64,000 nt of DNA, taken from assembly GCA_951406725.2 (NCBI GenBank), contig OX597821.1, positions 12,896,001 to 12,960,000 of the forward strand, written 5' to 3'. Below are positions 26,804 to 41,140 of this stretch, piece by piece. Below the pieces are notes generated by a model. It was not told where the DNA came from. It ran no database searches and saw only the letters and a list, made by a program, of their open reading frames with translations. Position 1 is the first letter of the stretch. The number at the start of each line of letters is the position of its first letter. This stretch comes from Octopus vulgaris. Lineage: Eukaryota. The position numbers and the translations under genes were made by a program.

Positions 26804-27585
26804 TGCTTACGCGCCATTGCATTCACACGCGAGCACATTCAACGACATATACTCTGTTTGTTGTGTTCACCAGTTCAGTTGTATCTATCACCGTGATGGT
26901 TCCTTTTCCTCTAATATGAAAAGATAACAAACCATAATTAAACTAGCGATTATATAAAACAAAATGAACAAAAAATAGCACGGAATAACATTGTAATCAG
27001 TAAACAATCCCATAGTAAGGGACACGTATGATTTATCTAGCTGCTCGCTCATAAAAGTATTAAGCAACGGTGAAAAGGTTCCTGCTAGGTTTACTGATGA
27101 GTATCGGATAGATCTAAAATGTTTATTTATGGTTTCGTACACGTGTCGTTAATTTTGTTAAGATGATTGCTTGAATTAAATCCGAGAAAGGGCAGCGTGA
27201 TCTGTATATCCATTATGAAGCTTATAGAGTTTACGCTAGAAACAAATTTAATAATATGTGCTTATGTTCTGACACCATATAAATCGAAACTATCCTGATA
27301 GAGATTACTTCACTGGAACTTTAGAAACGTCTCTCGATAATTCTTATTGCGTACACACATTATTTTTCCTTCTACTATATGCACAAGTTCTGAACTTTTT
27401 TTCGGAAAGGGGTCAATCAAAGAAATCTCCCCCAATGCTGAACTGGTACTTGTGTTATCAACCCCCGAAAGACGAGAGGCAAAATTTACCCCTCTCTGGA
27501 ATTTGAACCAGTTAGTTACTGGGGACGATGTCATCGAACAATCTCGTCACCGAAATTTTCTGTCCTTCTGCCTATAGTAGAACTT

Positions 27586-27624
<39 letters not shown>

Positions 27625-28175
27625 GAGTGAGGGGACATGGCATGCCATCAAAGTGACACTGGGGTAAAATATACAAAGCCCAGTATAGCCATCATGACTA
27701 CTCGTCTGATAAGGGTACACCAGGTACATGCATCACAACCATATATGCGCCACAGGGTTATCTCATAGCCAGATAAACAGCGTATGACCTTGCAGGTGGG
27801 GCCCAGTTAGAATTTTCTTCAGATCGTGTAGCCCATACCGTTCGAAAGGTCTTTGAATAAGAGTTCTTTACGGATGTTGAACGAAACACCCATCTTTCCA
27901 GAGGAGAATTATCCAAACCCTTGAGAATTCCTCTTAACACATGGCTATGATGTTCCCCCACTACATCCGCTCGTGATCAGAGATGCACATATCGTCAGCC
28001 ACTAATGGACATGCTCAACTGGTTACAGTCGAACAAGTGACAAGCAAATCTGTGGTATTGAGCAGAATATTTGTTGTAGCCCATCTTTTGTATCAAGACA
28101 AAACAATGTACATAACACTTCCAATAAGTTAAGATCAGAAGACATGAAAGCCACTGCCTGGTACTGCATCAAGGC
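27625..28175. repeat. Complete ~550-bp family D element embedded in (TTA)n
   Basis: (TTA)n on both sides; homologous to 52-456 and 946-1034. Confidence 0.85.
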
Positions 28176-29041
<866 letters not shown>

Positions 29042-29289
29042 TCAAATTCCACCGAGGTCGACTTTAACTTTCTTCCCTTCGAGGTCGATAAGTTAAGTCC
29101 TAGTGATACACTGGGGTCGATATAATCGACTGGTCCCCTCCCGCAAAATTTCAGGATTGTTGCTGCTGCTGCTGTTGCTGCTACTGCTGCTGCTGCTGTT
29201 GTTGTTGTTGTTGTTGTTGTGTTAACTATAATAACTATAGCAGCAGCAGCAGCAACAACAATAAATGCAGGAGAACAGGTTGGTTGCTC

Positions 29290-29975
29290 ACCTGGAAAGC
29301 AATAACATTATCATAAGAACAGCAGATATATCGCTTGAAATTGATGTATGGCTGTAAAGTGCAGCTAGATGTGAAAAGGGATATTATAGAAGATAGCTAT
29401 AAGAGGAACATAGGCCTTATCGTAGCTTCAATTGATTAGCCAAAGAGCTTTTGATAGTATACTACACGCTTGGAAGCTGGAGACACGTCACATAAATAAG
29501 GCAGCACCGATACTAACACAGCACATCAAACATACTAAAATGGAAAGCAGCCATCTCATTCCGTCTAGAGCTGACCCCATTAACAAATCTACTGAATTAA
29601 ATCAGAAAATTGTTATAAATGCCACAGAGAAAATATAAATCATACTATCTATATGGATGACTTAAAACTCTTTACAAAGAGATAATACCAAGTTGAAATA
29701 TCTACTAAAATTGTTCATGAATTCAGAGAAGATATACGAAAAGTCTATGGATCGTGAGAAATGTGAAGAGCAAAATAAAAATATCTTGGGAAGAACAACG
29801 AGGAAAAAATATCATATACAGACAGCAATATCAGAAAATTAGATTACTGTGTATAATCAGGTTCATCTAATTAAGATTATATAAGCCTAATAAGACGTAG
29901 AATAAAACTAAAAGATAAGAATAATGCAGAGTCTTCAAATTCTGAAAACTAAACTGAATGCCAGAAATAATTAAT
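29290..29975 (+). pseudogene. Highly decayed R4/Dong-like RT relic
   Basis: Remnants YGCK, AFDSILHAW, HTIYMDDLKLF, LKTKLNARN with stops and deletions. Confidence 0.65.
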
Positions 29976-30172
29976 GTAGCAGTTATGGATTAAATTTTGG
30001 AATAAACTTGTACGAACGTAGATGTGACTGTGTTGTATTAAGTTTTCTTGCGAACAACATGGTTTTGGTTTCGTTCCCACTGCGTGGCATATTGGGTATA
30101 GGTCTTCTACTTTAGCCTCTCACCGATCAAAATCTGAAGAGCGGATTTGGTAGCATTTGTAAGGAGCTCGTG

Positions 30173-30206
<34 letters not shown>

Positions 30207-30286
30207 AATTGCAGCGTGGAAGGTGTTTATAAGCCATTTAAGAAACACACAAAAGCCGTTCGATTCACTTCAACATTTAAGTTTAA

Positions 30287-30336
30287 TTTGTCAAAATATT
30301 TTCGTCGCTAAAATCCGCGACCTGTTCACTGACAAA
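30287..30336 (-). ncRNA. Type I hammerhead motif with G3-C8 core variant
   Basis: Minus strand: TTTGTCA-GTGAACA-G-GTCGC[GGATTTTA]GCGAC-GAAA-ATAT-TT-TGACAAA; lies in a ~260-bp element between (TA)n runs. Confidence 0.7.
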
Positions 30337-30490
30337 GTCCGTGCTGCATCTCAGAGATGCAGCACGGATTTTTGTCAGTGAATGTTTTTGATTTTCACTC
30401 TCGATAAGTTTATCCCTTTTTTGTGTCCCTAGCACTTGGCATCCTTATTTAGGAGCCCATAATTATATTTATATATATATTTTTTTATAT

Positions 30491-30939
<449 letters not shown>

Positions 30940-31109
30940 TATGTATGCATGTATGTATGTATGTATGTATGTATAAACACACCCACACACACACACATAT
31001 ATGTGTAGTCAAAAGTTCTTTTTCACAACTCATTACGTGGGGAAAATTTCATCAACGAAATCATTGCTAATAGATATATTTGTGTGAGTGTGTGTGTGTG
31101 GGGTGGGGT

Positions 31110-31370
31110 AGGGTGTCCCAGAATTAAGTATTTCAATGAAATCGGGCAATGTTTTAAAAAGTTGACAGAATATTAAATTTATTACTTAATTATGTTACCA
31201 AAATAAAGAGATTAATAAATCTTACTTTAGAAGTTTATTTAAAATCTTCACCATATCCTCCGTCTGTATCCTTGCAAATTTCAAATCTCTACGTGCCCTT
31301 GGGAAACACATTTTAAAGCATATCCGGAGTTACCTTCTGCACTGCTAGCTGAATATGTTCTTCCAGTTCA
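31110..31370 (-). mobile_element. Tc1/mariner-type transposon end (TIR plus decayed transposase C-terminus)
   Basis: AGGGTGTCCC TIR-like start; minus frame ELEEHIQLAVQKVTPDML*NVF..RFEICKDTDGGYGEDFK*. Confidence 0.55.
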
Positions 31371-31380
31371 ACAAAAATAT

Positions 31381-32179
31381 TCTTCTCTGTTCTAGGCGCA
31401 AGGCCCGGAATTTTTGAGCAGGGGGCAAGTCGATTAGATGGACCCCAGGACGCAACTGGTACTTAATTCATCGACCCCGGAAGGATGAAAGGCAAAGTCG
31501 ACCTCGGTGGATTTTTAACTCAGAAAGTAAAGACTGACGAAATACTGCTAAGCATTTCCTCCGGCGTGCTAACGTTTCTTGTTTCTTTATTGTCCACAAG
31601 GGGCTAAACACAGAGGGGACAAACAAGGACAGACGAAGGGATTAAGTCTATTACATCGACCCCAGTGCGTAACTGGTTCTTAATTTATTGAGCCCGAAAG
31701 GATGAAGGGCAATGTCGATCTCCGCGGATTTTGAACTCACAATGTAAAGACAGACGAAATACCTATTTCTTTACTACTCACAAGGGGCTAAACACAGAGA
31801 GGATAAACAAGGACAGACAAAGGGGTTAAGTAGATTATATCGACCTCAGTGCATAACTGGTACTTATTTAATCGACCCCGAAAATATGAAATGCAAAGTC
31901 GACCTCGGCGGAATTTAAACTCAGAACGTAGCGGCAGACGAAATACCTATTTCTTTACTACCCACAAGGGGCTAAACACAGAGAGGACAAACAAAGACAG
32001 ACAAACGGATTAAGTCGATTATATTGACCCCAGTGTGTAACTGGTACTTATTCAATCGACCCCGAAAGCATGAAAGGCAAAGACAACCTCGGCGGAATTT
32101 GAACTCAGAACGTAACGGCAGACGAAATACCGATAAGCATTTCGCTCGGTGTGCTAATGATTCTGCCAGCTCGCCGCCT
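31381..32179 (-). mobile_element. SINE family A cluster: one monomer plus a head-to-tail trimer (~184-bp units)
   Basis: Units start at ~31582, 31765, 31949, joined at GACGAAATACCTATTTCTTTAC; only the last has the full head. Confidence 0.85.
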
Positions 32180-32409
32180 TGATCAGCTAAACTAGCCCTC
32201 CATCCTGTGGATAGAGGCAGAGAAACCGGGTGTAGCCAAATTGAAAAGCAATAGCTGCTGTAGACAGATAAGCGGAATCCCAAAAGAATGAAATAAAAAT
32301 CATAAAAAGATTATAAGGAATATAAAATTATAAACAAAATTTAAGATTTATGCGTTTTTAACAGATATTAAACATGATAAGCATAAACGAAAGTAAGTTT
32401 TTAAGTTTT

Positions 32410-32698
32410 TAATAAGAATTTCCCAGGCTCATGGTCCCAGTTTCCCGGTTTCTGTGGCGTATGTGTTCCCCACAGCTGCACAGGACACCAGTCCATCGCA
32501 GCGTTACTCCAGAAAGAGGAAGAGAAAGTTGTGGCGAAAGAGTACAACAGGGGTTGCAACCACCCCCTGCCGGAGCCTCGTGGAGCTTTTAGGTGCTTTC
32601 GCTCAATAAACACACACAAAGCCCGGTCTGGGAATGGAAACCGCGATCCTCCGACCGCGAGTCTGCTGCCCTAACCACTGGGCCATTGCGCCTCCACA
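32410..32698 (-). mobile_element. SINE family C (V-domain-like tail)
   Basis: Head at 32630-32698; CCAGTCCATCGCAGC on + strand. Confidence 0.8.
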
Positions 32699-32726
32699 CA
32701 CATATATATATATGTGTGTGTGTGTG

Positions 32727-32836
<110 letters not shown>

Positions 32837-33356
32837 GGGCAATCCGGAGATTATGACGATGAGTGTTCCAGTTATGATTCAGCGTGACACAGAATCTGAC
32901 AAGAAAGCCCTTTGAAATTACAAGGACAGCTAATTTTTGCCAGTTGAATTACCTGGAGCGACGTAACATAAAGTGTCTTGTTCAAGGGCACATGCCGGTT
33001 TTCGAACTCGTGACCCTACGATGGTAAGCTGAATGCCCTACCCAATAAGCTACGCGCCTTGTGGGCGTATGTGTGTGTATGGTCTATGTTTGGTTGAAGG
33101 TTGTGCTTGTGTTCGTTCCCCATCACTGCTTGACAACCGGTGTAGGTCTGCTTACGTTACCGAACTTCTTGGTTCGGCATTAGAGACCTAGGTACCAAAA
33201 TACGTACTAAAATTATAAAATATGATTCTGGGAGTCAAATTTTTCCATCAAACCCGCAACATAGCCGAAAGCAATAACTGAAACAAGTAAAAGTCAACAG
33301 ATATAGACGAATGCTATTCTTGCAGCAGAAACGATAGATAAATACCCAGATGTTAC

Positions 33357-33728
33357 ATGGAGATGAATATTCCTTTCTGCTCTAGGTACAAGGCCCGACA
33401 TTTTGTGGGAGGAGGCCAGTCGATTAGATCGACCCCAGTACATAACTAGTACTTAATTGATCGAGCCCGAAAGGACGAAAGGCAAAGTCGACCTCGGCGG
33501 AATTTGAACTCAGGACGTAACGGCAGACGAAATCATGGAGATGAATGTTTTTTTCTTTTCTAGGCACAAGGCCAGACATTTTTGGGGAGGAAGTCAGTCG
33601 ATTAGATCGACCCCAGTTCATAACTAGTACTTTAATTTATCGACCCCGAAAGGCTGAAAGGCAAAGTCGACTTCGGCGGAATTTGAACTCAGAACGTAAC
33701 GGCAGACGAAATTATGGAGATGAATATT
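33357..33728 (-). mobile_element. Two 5'-truncated family A SINEs separated and flanked by a triplicated target-like sequence
   Basis: ATGGAGATGAAT at 33357, 33535, 33714. Confidence 0.8.
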
Positions 33729-34315
33729 AACATGATATGACGAACATGAAAAATTTAAGTGTTTTGAATGGACGCAATCATTGTTGTATCAATGCTTAGC
33801 TACGCCGAACACAGCAAAGGTGTAAAATCGAAAAACTTTTAAAGAAGATTTGTTGTGTCTGATAAGTTTAACACACTATTTTCAGCAATTTGCAAATTCA
33901 ACAAAATACCAGGTTAAAAATATCTGTCGGACATTTTTATTCTCAAATACTGAAGAATTCACAACTACTAAAAGCTTAAGACATTTTTATCCTATTATAA
34001 TGGATCTGACATATCCTGATTGGTGGTCCTCTGTTTTAAAAACATTTATAGATCTCTCAACTTGATTTTATGGAAAACAGTCACTACATCCGTTAAAGTT
34101 TATTTTCCTTTCTCCTCTGAATCGACGAAAATACCGTGCTAATACATAAGAATATGACATTTTAATGTGCATGATACTAATGAAATGTAAAGGTAACAAT
34201 TTTTCAAAAGCATCGTTTAGCAACCACTCAATCTCGACATACTGTTACCAATTTCTCCAGTGTTATCCATATATAAGCACACACAAATATACGTGTGTGT
34301 GTGTGTGTGTGTGTG

Positions 34316-34640
34316 TACTCTTTACTCTTTTACTTGTTTCAGTCATTTGACTGTGGCCATGCTGGAGCACCACCTTTTTTTAGTCGAGCAAATCGACCCC
34401 GGGGACTTATTCTTTTTGTAAGCCCAGTACTTATTCTATCGTTCTCTTTTGCCGAACCACTAAGTGACGGGGACGTAATCACACAAGCATCGGTTGTCAA
34501 GCAATGCTAGGGGGACAAACACACACGCATACCCATATATACATATATATACATATATACGACAGGCTTCTTTCAGTTTCCGACTACCAAGTCCACTCAC
34601 AAGGAATTGGTCGGCCCGGGGCTATAGCAGAAGACACTGT
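34316..34640 (-). mobile_element. SINE family B, 5'-truncated
   Basis: Tail and core match 13082-13531. Confidence 0.82.
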
Positions 34641-34648
34641 GCTGTATG

Positions 34649-34709
<61 letters not shown>

Positions 34710-35683
34710 GTGTGTGTGTGTGTGTATGTGTATATATATATATTTATGCGTGTGTGTGTGTATATGTATATATACATATATGTATATATATATATGTGTG
34801 TAGTACGCATGTATGTGTGTGCGTGTTTCTTCTGTGTTTTATATTTTACTTCTTTCCGTCATTAGATTGCGGCCACGCTGTAACTCCATCTTGTAGAATT
34901 TTTGATGTATACATGTATATGTAAGTATGTACATATATGTATGCATATATGCATCTATATTTTTTAATTCATGATGTTCTATGATTGAATGCCACGCATT
35001 CATTTCCAACTAAGTTATCTTAATAATTTTGATGCGTCTCTACCCTCTACTGTTCTCTCTTGCCCCCTTTTGTTTTCTCTCTCTTCCTCTATCTAATTCT
35101 TTTTTCGCCCGTTCACCGTTTTCTAAATGTCTGTCTGCTCTCTCTCTCTTTCTCTTCCTGTTTCTCTTACTTCTTTACTCTCTCTCTCCCTCTCTCTTTT
35201 TCTCCCTCTCTCTCGTTGCTCACACGTGAACATCGTCCATCTTTCTTTTCCTCGCGTGATCATCTTTCTTTTCCTTCAGTCTGTCGCACAGACCAGAGGC
35301 ATTCTTATTTGTCTTCTCTTCTATCTTTTCTCTTGTGAATGACAATCTTCCGCCAGCGTTCGCTTCTTTTACCTTGTCTGCCCTAACGACCCTCCATGTT
35401 GTTTTCGTTTGGTTTTTTGTATGTCTCCACTCTCCTGTTTTTGGTACTAACTTAACCCTCCGTAAATCCCAAATTTTATTTTGGTTCGCGTTAGCAACTG
35501 TTTTATGAAGCCTCATATTGTTAATTGCTTGAAATGTGGCGTAGATAAACAGCCAACAACTGTTGAAGGGTCGTTCTTTATATTACTTATTTTGTTTTCC
35601 AATTGTTTCTCTCGTTGTTCGCATACCCAAGTATGCCTTCGTATTTCATGTTATGTTTTGTGACGTCCTTTACCCATATAAGC

Positions 35684-35721
<38 letters not shown>

Positions 35722-35874
35722 ATAATGTATACATGTATATGCACGTATATATGCATATGTATATATATGAATACATATATTATTTGTATGATAGATAGAT
35801 AGATAGATAGATAGATAGGTAGATAGATAGATAGATAGATACATAGATACATAGATAGATAGATAGATAGATAC

Positions 35875-35965
<91 letters not shown>

Positions 35966-36763
35966 TCGTCGTATACGTTTGTACTTATATCCCTTCACAC
36001 GGTAGTAAATTAGAAAAATGAGTTTCTGCGAAGTTATCTCTGAAAATCTTGCGGTACATGTGCGATATTGATGTTACTGAAACCATCTGACTGTATAATT
36101 AAATTTCATGATCATTCCGGTAATGATGTTAATTAGCTTACCTGATCATAAGATCGATATTTTCTGCTTCTGTAATACTTTTTCAGTATCTCAATGTAGG
36201 TGCCGATTTAATATGCACCACTAAAAGTATTTCATTTTTAAGCTTAATTTTACGAAACATGTGAAAAACATTTAAGAAAATCAGAAAACTTGTGAAATTG
36301 CAAATATTGTCACTAGCGGTCTCTCTGTTTCGCTCAGCATAGGGAGAGGTTTTTTTTTTTAAATCTGTTTAGCAAAAATCACTTTCCGCTGAAAATGGTT
36401 ATAAAATTTTGATCGGATATCTACATTCCCCGTTCGCAGAGTTATATTACTAAATTTTAGTACAGAACACTAAAAAATAGAAAAGTGGCAATACCTCTCA
36501 GGCGCCATCCGTGGAACATGCGGCTAAAGCCAAGCGATACGTTGTTCGATACTGCTCGCAGTTTTCTAAATATCTATCGGGCATTATATGTATTAGTTCT
36601 CTAAGAAGATTTTGATCCAGAAATAATATTAATACGTTGATTATAGACGATACTCTCAACAATTTCATTTAATTTTGGTCTGTCGATATATTAATAGATG
36701 TATGTATATGTACGTATGAATATCTGTCTATCTATTTATCTATCTATCTATTTATCGTATGAA

Positions 36764-36816
<53 letters not shown>

Positions 36817-36852
36817 ATATATATATATTATAAAATATATATAAATATATTA

Positions 36853-36906
<54 letters not shown>

Positions 36907-36909
<3 letters not shown>

Positions 36910-37495
36910 TGTTGTTTGTGTGTTTTGTTTGTTGTTTGTGTGTGTTGGTTGTTTTTTTGTGTGGTGTGTTGTGTTTGTGGTGGTGGTTGTTTTGTTTTTG
37001 GTTGTGTTTTTGTGTTGGTTGTGTTGGTTGTGTTGTTGGTGTGTTGTTTTTGGGTTGTTGGTTTGTGTTGTGTTTGTGGTTTTTTTTTTTTTTTGTTTTT
37101 TGTGTTTTTGTTGTGTGTGTGTGTGTTTTTTTGTTTTTTGTTTTTTGTTTGTTGTTGTGTTGTTGTGGTTGTGTGGTGGTTTTGTATATATATATATTAT
37201 ATAATTTTTATTTTATTATTTATAATTTAAAATATATATATATTTTGTGTTGTTGGTTGGGTGTTTTGTTGGGTGTGTGGGTTTTGTGGTTGTTGTTTTT
37301 TTTTGGTTGTGGTTTTTGTTTGGTTTTTGGTTGTGTTTTGGTTTGTGTTTTTTGGTTTTGTTTGGTGGTTTTGTTGTGTGTGTTTTTGTTGTGGTTTTGT
37401 TGTTGTTGTTTGTTTGGTGTTTTTGTGTGTGTGTTTGTTTTTTTTTGGTGTTGTGGTTGTGGTGTTGGTTTGGTGGTTGTGTTTGTGTTGTTGTA
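36907..37495. other. Aperiodic G/T-only low-complexity blocks within (TA)n, probable sequencing/assembly artefact
   Basis: Two blocks (~36907-37185, ~37246-37495) with essentially no A or C and no fixed period. Confidence 0.6.
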
Positions 37496-37501
37496 TATAA
37501 T

Positions 37502-37567
<66 letters not shown>

Positions 37568-37594
37568 ATATTTATATATATACATATATACATT

Positions 37595-37634
<40 letters not shown>

Positions 37635-37893
37635 CATATACATATGCATACACACACACACACATACTTATTAACTGTTCAAGATGCATCGATCAAAAAT
37701 ATCACGCATCACACAAACTATTGATTCAAATACCTTCTATTCATAAAATCTATTCGTATAATTGTTCATGATACTAAAGTTATGCTAAAATCCCTGACGA
37801 ACAATTAGTTTTATTGTGATATGCAATGCGTGTGTGTGTATGCGTGAGAATGTGTGTGTGTGCCTGTGTGTGCATATCTATGCATGTATGCTG

Positions 37894-38040
<147 letters not shown>

Positions 38041-38277
38041 TTATATGTATATCTCGAAACGCTAGTTTCCTGTGCTTCATTATAATGTTGCGCATTATAA
38101 TGAAGTACAGAAATGTTAATTACTTTTTCAAAAGAATACCTTAGTCTATGTTACCTGAAGCATTTCTATCCATTTGATTAATCTGCCGAATCTGCCGACT
38201 TCAACTCGAAATCTTAGTTTGTTTGCCTGTACTGTATATATCCTTATAGATACATACATATATATAGACACAAACAC

Positions 38278-38314
<37 letters not shown>

Positions 38315-38526
38315 TTGCCATCTATACAGAAATATATACATACATATATGTGCTTCTGTGGATGTATGTTTCATATATGCATATATGTATAATCTATGTA
38401 TGTATGTATATACATTGAAGCACTTGCATGCAAACATTTTAACATGAATTTTTAAACCTATGTATTTAACAATGCATCCATACACACGCACACGCACAGA
38501 GACATATGTTCATATATATGTATATA

Positions 38527-38620
<94 letters not shown>

Positions 38621-40199
38621 ATATAAATTTATACATATAGACATATGTGTATGAATGATATATATATATAACTGATGTCTGGTGTCACGTGTACGTGTGT
38701 ATATGTATTATGTGTGCATGTTAATGTTATATAATATCATGCTTATGTAGTTCCGGCTGCATATAATGCCGTAAGACGTGTTGCACCGAGGCGTTGTTGG
38801 TGATGAAACGAACAATCTCTCCAAGCTTGCTTGATCGGATGAGTGATATGTGGACTCTCATCGATAGGAAAGAAAAGACTCTTTAGAAAATGCAAGAACT
38901 CATGAATGTCAAAGTCCATACATTCCTGGCAAATCTGCTTTTTGATATACCCGTTGACCTGTAAATAACCTTTGGAGGGAAAAGTCAACGAGAAAGCACT
39001 CTGAAATCAAACCTGCAGTTAACGTAGCTGCCATTCAACTTACAATACGTACCACTGGGTTGCAGCGACTGCTGCTAGAGAGAGGACAAGAGAGAAGTTT
39101 AAGCATACGTGACTTTAATTGGATTTCGTGTGGATGTTTCATTCCATCTGGTTTGTCTTGTCTCTATATTAAAATCATGTGAAAATGGAGTAGTACTGAT
39201 AAAGTGAAGGAATTTGCGTGAATTTCAAAAGTCAAGGGTGTGGCTTACGTGTCACTATCTTGATTTTGAAAAATAAGATACACAATAATTGTTTTGCCAA
39301 CAATAACAATGAAATGTATCAGTTGCTGGAAGAGAAATCAATCAATCTGAAGTGGGTCTTTAGATCCGATGCAAAGAATAGAACGCCCATAGTCAGAGGA
39401 AGCAACGTTGCAGGGAGAATTTAGAAGAATGAAAATACATGTTCGTCAGAGATTTCATCAGATGTTCAAGATGCTTTCAGCAGAAAGATTTCCAAGGTTT
39501 TATCTTGTTTCTTTATCAAAGAAGTTCGACCTCAGTCATCTGTGGACCTTGAAATCTAAAATTAGACAATGACACTTTATGCACCAAGTTGACATCATAA
39601 AACGATGAAAAAACGTTTTTCGAATAAATTCTTCAATTCTTATATAGTTTTCATGGAAATAATTACTGGATTGCCACAAATCCACGTGGATAACATACAT
39701 GAAATTGAAGCAATTCTGTTAGCAAAACTGAAGAAATTCTGTTACCTGGATTCCGTGGAACCCTGGTAAAACACCAGTCTTAGATGAAATACACAGTAAT
39801 TTTGAAAGCAGGCAACCTTACAGAATCAGCAATACATTGGATGATAGCGACTAGCTGGGAAAGAACTCCGATTGCTCAGGTGATATAATAGCGCACCATA
39901 ATAAGTCAAAGGACCTATGTGTGTATGCGACAATTTCCGTGGTATCACTCCGTTAGAATATGTGGAGAAAGTTTTCTCGATAGTAAAGTTGAATTGTCTC
40001 ATGCCTGACCTCTGTTCTTATAACTCTACTAGAAACTCCATCTGGCTTCCGAGTGGACAGATGGAAAATGGACATGATTTTCTCAACCAGGCTACATTAG
40101 AAATGAACTGAACGTACGTGTCTCGCCACCAGGCATGAGAGAAACTGTATATAGGTGATCCTTCATAAACTGACTGTCCTTAAAATTTATGCTCATTAT

Positions 40200-40393
40200 T
40201 TTATTCTTTTATTTGTTTCAGTCATTTGACTGCGGCCATGCTGAAGCACTTAGTCGAGCAAATGGACCCCAGGACTTATTCTTTGTAAGTGTAGTACTTA
40301 TTCTATCGGTCACTTTTGCCGAACCGCTGTTACGGGGACGTGAACACACCAGCATCGGTTGCCAAGCGACGGTTGGGTGACAAGCACAGACAC

Positions 40394-40400
<7 letters not shown>
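40200..40400 (-). mobile_element. SINE family B 3' half
   Basis: TTGTTTCAGTCATTTGACTGCGGCCATGCTG tail. Confidence 0.8.
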
Positions 40401-40442
<42 letters not shown>

Positions 40443-40451
<9 letters not shown>

Positions 40452-41140
40452 GAGTGTATTTTACCTTGTTAACAATTAACACGGATAAATGAATGAATAG
40501 TTACCAGGGCAGCAAAAATCTCACAAGTAAAGATGCTGTAACTCCTTGTTTATAAAGGTTGAAACTTCGTGTTTACGTTGAATATTTGAATAATATGAAT
40601 AAAAAATGGAGTTAACGCAGGTTTAAACAAGTACTTTTACTTTCTACATATGTTTCAAAAATTCCACTGATACTTATTCAAAAGAATAAAAGGTATAAAC
40701 AATGCAATCTTCTCTTCGGGAAAGTGAAAAAACGAAACTTGTCAATACGACATTTTAGCAAAAAATGATGGATTCGTATAGCGATAGACAGAACGCAATT
40801 AATATCGTTTAAAAAAACCTTATATGATATAACGTCATAAGTAGCTAACGGAAAGAGTAGGGATATTAATAGTGAATGTTAAATATAAAGGAAATTAAAG
40901 TCTAAACTATATATAACGATAGAGACTATTTATATGCACTAAAAGTATGTTTCTGCCAATGCTTACATCTGTATGCTCGTTCTATAACCGTGTTTACTAG
41001 AGTATTTTTAGAAAAAATAATGAAAAATAGCTCAGAATTGCAGAGAAGACAGAATTTCTTGCCTTTGTCATATGGTATCGAAATTGAGAGGATCAACCAT
41101 TCTAAATGAAATTGTTCATTGTGGTCTTTTAACTGATTTG
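40443..41140 (-). mobile_element. Second Penelope-like element, 3' fragment
   Basis: Minus frame ending at stop 40926-40928: QLKDHNEQFHLEWLILSISIPYDKGKKFCLLCNSELFFIIFSKNTLVNTVIERAYRCKHWQKHTFSAYK*, homologous to the 22160-22801 C-terminus; 3' terminal motifs shared with 20983-21170; abuts (TA)n. Confidence 0.85.
40635..40730 (-). ncRNA. Degenerate type I hammerhead in PLE 3' region
   Basis: ACTTTC-CCGAAGA-GAAGATTGCATTG...CAGTGGAATTTTT-GAAA-CATATG-TA-GAAAGT (U4>C). Confidence 0.65.

Noticed and set aside
27805-27830. CTGAAGA on the minus strand of the family D element
   Set aside because: No stem II plus GAAA downstream, and the motif is not conserved in the 52-456 copy
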